A stretch of 32,000 nucleotides of DNA from Leptolyngbya boryana PCC 6306. GTDB taxonomy: Bacteria > Cyanobacteriota > Cyanobacteriia > Leptolyngbyales > Leptolyngbyaceae. The position numbers and the translations under genes are program-made. The DNA lies in NCBI RefSeq assembly GCF_000353285.1, contig NZ_KB731324.1, positions 6,009,018 to 6,041,017 on the forward strand, written 5' to 3'. Of this stretch, positions 28,301 through 32,000 are shown piece after piece (position 1 is the stretch's first letter; every line of letters starts with the position of its first letter). The notes under the pieces were generated by a model. That model was not told where the DNA came from and did not search any database. It saw only the letters and a program-made list of their open reading frames with translations.

Positions 28301-31300
28301 ACTCGTAGTGGAAACTTCAGTAGTACCAACTTCATCAACCTCAATGGAGATATTTACCAGGGAACTCCTGCCAAGGCTGAACTAACTGTGAATGCTGATT
28401 TGAGTATGCTAGCAAAAGGCGGCATCGTAGGTCGAGTAGTTAATGACGAAGTCGTTGTTGATGACTTAGTAGCAAGACCGCCCGGCAAGATCATAATCAA
28501 TTCTGATTCTGGTAAACTGGCGGGCAATTTCACTGTCCACAAGAACAGTGTTATAGAGTCAGTAAACATTGTTAATAATTCAACTAAAAATGTTCGGATC
28601 AATCGAATTCGCATGATTAATCCAGCAATGGCAGAGCCAGATTTGAAGATTTCGGCTGAAGACAATACTGCTACAATTCGCACAGTCACTGATATCAATG
28701 GCGTTCCAAATATTGATATTCGCAACAATACAAACTCGAATGTCATTTTTGCAGGTCAGATTGAAAATTCAGTTGGTTCAATGACTGTGTTCAACCAGGG
28801 CGGCAATATTATTGCCGGAAATCCGATTCAGCTAGAAGTGGCAAGCCTTAATCTGAATGCGGTGCAAGGACAAATTGGGACACTGAGTAATCGACTTGAC
28901 TTGCGATTGTTTGATACTCAGACTGAGACGATTGAGTCGATCAATGGTGCGCTTTCCGTCAATGCGGGGCAAGGTGTCTACCTCAACACGAAGCTAATTC
29001 GCGAAGTTGCATCTACAACTGCTTTGACAGCTTTGGATGGATTGGATTTCAATACTGTAACTGCAGGTAATGATATCGATATCACCATTCAAACGGCTGA
29101 AACGAACCAGTTGATTACAACGACAGAGATAATCACAACGGAAACGACAAATGAAGTGATTCCGATAGAGACAACGATATTAGAGCGTAAAGTAGTTGCA
29201 GGTGTTTACAACCTGAAAGATATCGCTTCAACTCAAGGAAATGTCAAGATTACTTCAGTCCAAGGCGACTTGAGTATTGGAAAAATTCGTGCTGCCACTG
29301 GAACAGTTAATCTGGTTACATCTGGTTCTATTACTGACGCGAATGCAGTAGGTGCAGACATTACTGCTCAAAATGCAATTCTTCAAGCAACTTCTGGAAT
29401 TGGTTCTGCCAGCAATGCGATCGATACAGCCGTTTCTCGACTCGAAGCGAATGGTTCAGGGGGAATGTGGATTAACAACACTGGGAATTTATCGATCGGC
29501 GGAATTAGCCCGATGATTGGTTTAACCATCACCGGTGATCTGTCTCTAACTAATGCAGGATCGGTAACGGTCAGTGAGAATGTGACGGCTTCTGGGAATG
29601 TTCAAGTCACGACAACAGATACACAAAATCAAGGCGAAGACATTGAAGTTGTCGCCAATACGAAAGTCGAAAGTACAGGTGCTAGTATTTCTCTACTTGC
29701 AGGCGACAACTTCACATTGAATCCAACGGGTACGATCGCGGCTGCAACTCAAATTCTAATTAAAGGCGACCAGGGCAACGCTGATAGTGTGGGAAGCACG
29801 ATCGACATTCGCGGAACCCTCCAAGCTCCAGTTGTCGAAATTACTGGAGATAGCAACAACGATCGCGTCAATCTCACCAATGTTTCGACGGGTTCACCTG
29901 TAACCATTAGAACCTTAGATGGTGATGATACGATCAATATCGGCAGTAATTCCACGCCTACATCAAATACGAATGGCACTCTAAATCGGATCAGTGCGAA
30001 TTTGGCGATCGACGGAGGAACCGGAAACGATCAGTTCAAAGCAGACGACTCAGGTGATACAACCGCAAACACTGGAACTCTCACGAATACTCAATTGCTC
30101 GGATTGGGTATGACAGGCACGATCAACTACGCAGGAGTCGAAGCGATCGAGGTCGCACTCGGTTCTGGGGCTGATACGTTTACTGTTGCTAGCACGATCG
30201 CAGGAACAACTACGGTCAATGCGAATGCAGGCGCGGATACTGTCAATGTTCAATCGATCTCAGGCGCGACTACAGTCAATGCAGGTGCAGACAACGACAC
30301 AATTAATGTCGGAAACGCGAGCAATACTGTTAACGATATTGGCGCGACTCTAACGGTTCAAGGGGATGCGGGTACTGATACTCTCAACGTGATTGACTCG
30401 GGTGATACTACTGCAAACACAGGCAATTTAACCAGCACTCGCGTCTCGGGCTTAGGAATGGCAGGTGCAATCGACTACGACACTGTTGAAGCTTTAGACA
30501 TTACTCTCGGTTCAGGTGGAGACACCTTTACGGTTCAGAGTACACACACAGGTTCTACGACTCTAAATAGTGCTGCGGGTGCTGATACGATCGCAGTTCA
30601 ATCCAATACAGGCGCAACGACCGTTAATGCAGGCGCAAACGATGATAACGTAACAGTTTCGGTGATCACTCCAGGTGGAACATTAGTTGTAAATGGTGAA
30701 GCAGGCAATGATGTGGTCAATGCAACTGCATCCACACGCGGTATTGTTCTCAATGGTGGAGATGGCGACGATACGCTACAAGGCGGATCAGGCAACGATT
30801 TGATCGGCGGCGGATCAGGGAACGATCGTATTGATGGCAATGCCGGAAATGATGAAATCTATGGCGATTCGACTTTCCCGGTTCAAGCAACAGATGCGGC
30901 TTATAACAGCTTTACCTTTGATGCGAATGTGATGACGGCTCCTGCTGGATCGCGTCCAAGTGCTACACAGCAAACTTCTCAAGGGAATGACACAATTTCC
31001 GGTGGAATTGGAAGCGATACCGTTTATGGGGAAGGTGGCGATGACAACATCGTTGGAGGTAGTTTTACTGCGAATGTCGCAGATGGAACGGACTATCTGT
31101 TTGGTGGAGCCGGAAATGATGTGATTGCTGGCGATAATGCCACGATTGATGTCAATCGCTCGATCGCGGTTTTCAATGACAATAACGGCGCGGCGGATTA
31201 CATCTTTGGGGATACTGGAACGCTCACATTTGCTCCGACAGGAGAAGTGACTCGCGCCGCGAATGCTTCGGTTGCAGGAGATGGCAACGATACGATCTCC

Positions 31301-32000
31301 GGTGGAATTGGTAATGATGCTCTCTTTGGTGGAGCCGGCAATGATGTGATTTCTGGAAACTTGGGAGACGATCGCTTAATCGGTGATCAAGGTGTGATTG
31401 ACTTTGTGAATAGTGCAGTCACCAAGATTGAAACGACAGAAGCAAATGTTGGCGGAACCGACACGCTAAATGGTGATGAAGGCAACGACATTGCGATCGG
31501 GGGATTTGGAAATGACACGATTTCTGGAAATGCTGGAGATGATTTCTTAATTGGAGACAACGGACGCGCGCAATTTTCGGCAGGCATCTTAACGAGAATT
31601 GAATCGATTGATCCAGGACTCGGAGGAAATGATGCGATCGCTGGAAATGAAGGCAACGACATCGCGATCGGCGGATTTGGAGACGATACGATTTTTGGAG
31701 AAGTCGGGCGGGATGTCTTACTCGGTGACAATGGCGTTGTAGTTCGAGCCGATGGCACGATTGAAGCCAATGATATTTACTCGACTGATCCCACTTTCGG
31801 TGGTAAGGACACCATCACTGGAGGATTGGACAATGATGTGATCATCGGGGGGTCGGGTGGCAATGATGCACTGGGGCTAGGCGGTGACATCCTGGCAGGA
31901 AACGAAGGCGATGACTGGATCATCGGCGACAATGCTTATATCACTCGCGATAGTAACGATCAAGTCGAGCAAGTCGTAACCTCTTTCTCATCGAATGGCG
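19364..32000 (+). CDS. giant secreted exoprotein/adhesin (5' part only): DUF4347 domain, long beta-helical repeat region, RTX calcium-binding repeats
   Basis: The ATG at 19364 is preceded by an in-frame TAA (19355-19357). The frame (position 2 mod 3) was hand-translated at 19364-19970, 20582-20700, 21062-21330, 23282-23400, 25022-25080, 28133-28300, 30761-30840 and 31022-31080, and it was coding and stop-free at each. No + strand ORF in this frame appears in the track, which is consistent with an ORF that has no stop inside the window (at least 4,212 codons). All listed ORFs between 19960 and 31770 are short and in other frames or on the other strand. Confidence 0.9.
   Translation, partial: [4212 protein letters not shown]
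19481..19918 (+). other. DUF4347-like N-terminal domain of the giant protein
   Basis: Residues ~40-185 read [15 protein letters not shown]...[17 protein letters not shown]....[18 protein letters not shown]...[39 protein letters not shown]...GDWTLEY. This matches the DUF4347 pattern found at the N-terminus of very large bacterial repeat proteins. Confidence 0.7.
20630..27500 (+). repeat. periodic (~55-60 aa, ~165-180 nt) beta-helix-type repeats within the giant ORF
   Basis: A recurring motif G-[SA]-[VL]-[SA]-[VI]-N-x-[IL]-x-N-x-T-x-A-x-I. Examples are [16 protein letters not shown] (~23325), [16 protein letters not shown] (~23140), [16 protein letters not shown] (~24310), [16 protein letters not shown] (~24800) and [16 protein letters not shown] (~26370). 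The array is interrupted at about 21000-21950 and 22740-22940. The boundaries are approximate. Confidence 0.6.
30044..30694 (+). repeat. two tandem ~117-aa modules preceding the RTX block
   Basis: Module 1 reads [51 protein letters not shown]...[12 protein letters not shown]. Module 2, from ~30395, reads [50 protein letters not shown]...[11 protein letters not shown]. Confidence 0.7.
30695..32000 (+). repeat. RTX / hemolysin-type calcium-binding nonapeptide repeats (GGxGxDxxx)
   Basis: Repeats seen: [138 protein letters not shown] and more. The block continues past the window end. Confidence 0.9.

Noticed and set aside
19960-31770. About 25 track ORFs of 60-226 aa inside the giant gene region, mostly on the - strand (e.g. 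25384..26064, 20560..20994, 31387..31770, 28354..28746) plus six + strand ORFs in another frame (e.g. 24015..24332)
   Set aside because: All lie antisense to or out of frame with the continuous + strand frame starting at 19364. Their Pro/Ala/Thr/Ser-rich or Arg/Cys-rich compositions are what the complement of GNN/ANN-rich repeat codons produces. None has recognisable motifs.

Overview
This window looks like a chromosomal segment of a filamentous-type cyanobacterium. The signs are dense HIP1 GCGATCGC palindromes, STRR-like G-rich heptamers, cyanophycin genes and a cyanobacterial-type ClpB. From 0.2 to 7.2 kb there are envelope and housekeeping genes: a Pro-rich secreted protein, a GT2/GT21 glycosyltransferase, a transglutaminase-like protein, membrane proteins, secG and a metzincin-like protease. 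From 7.3 to 10.4 kb there is a small accessory-looking patch. It holds a DUF4351-type remnant and then a STAND/NLR-like locus. In that locus a 153-codon helical ORF and an NB-ARC + 7xTPR ORF lie in one reading frame separated by a single TGA, and the TPR part is built from near-identical 126-bp cassettes. From 10.4 to 19.1 kb there is a small PCP_red-like ORF (below the ORF-track size cutoff), a lipoprotein, clpB, a divergent cluster of cyanophycinase / small ORF / truncated cyanophycin synthetase (cphA2-type), and a degenerate parvulin-like protein. From 19364 to the window end there is one uninterrupted + strand frame of more than 4,200 codons. It has no stop in the window, so it is missing from the supplied ORF track. 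It encodes a giant exoprotein with a DUF4347 domain, beta-helical repeats and RTX calcium-binding repeats. I saw no rRNA, tRNA, CRISPR array or intact transposase. The most noteworthy items are the in-frame-stop NLR-like locus and the hidden giant ORF. All domain calls come from reading motifs by eye; no searches were run.
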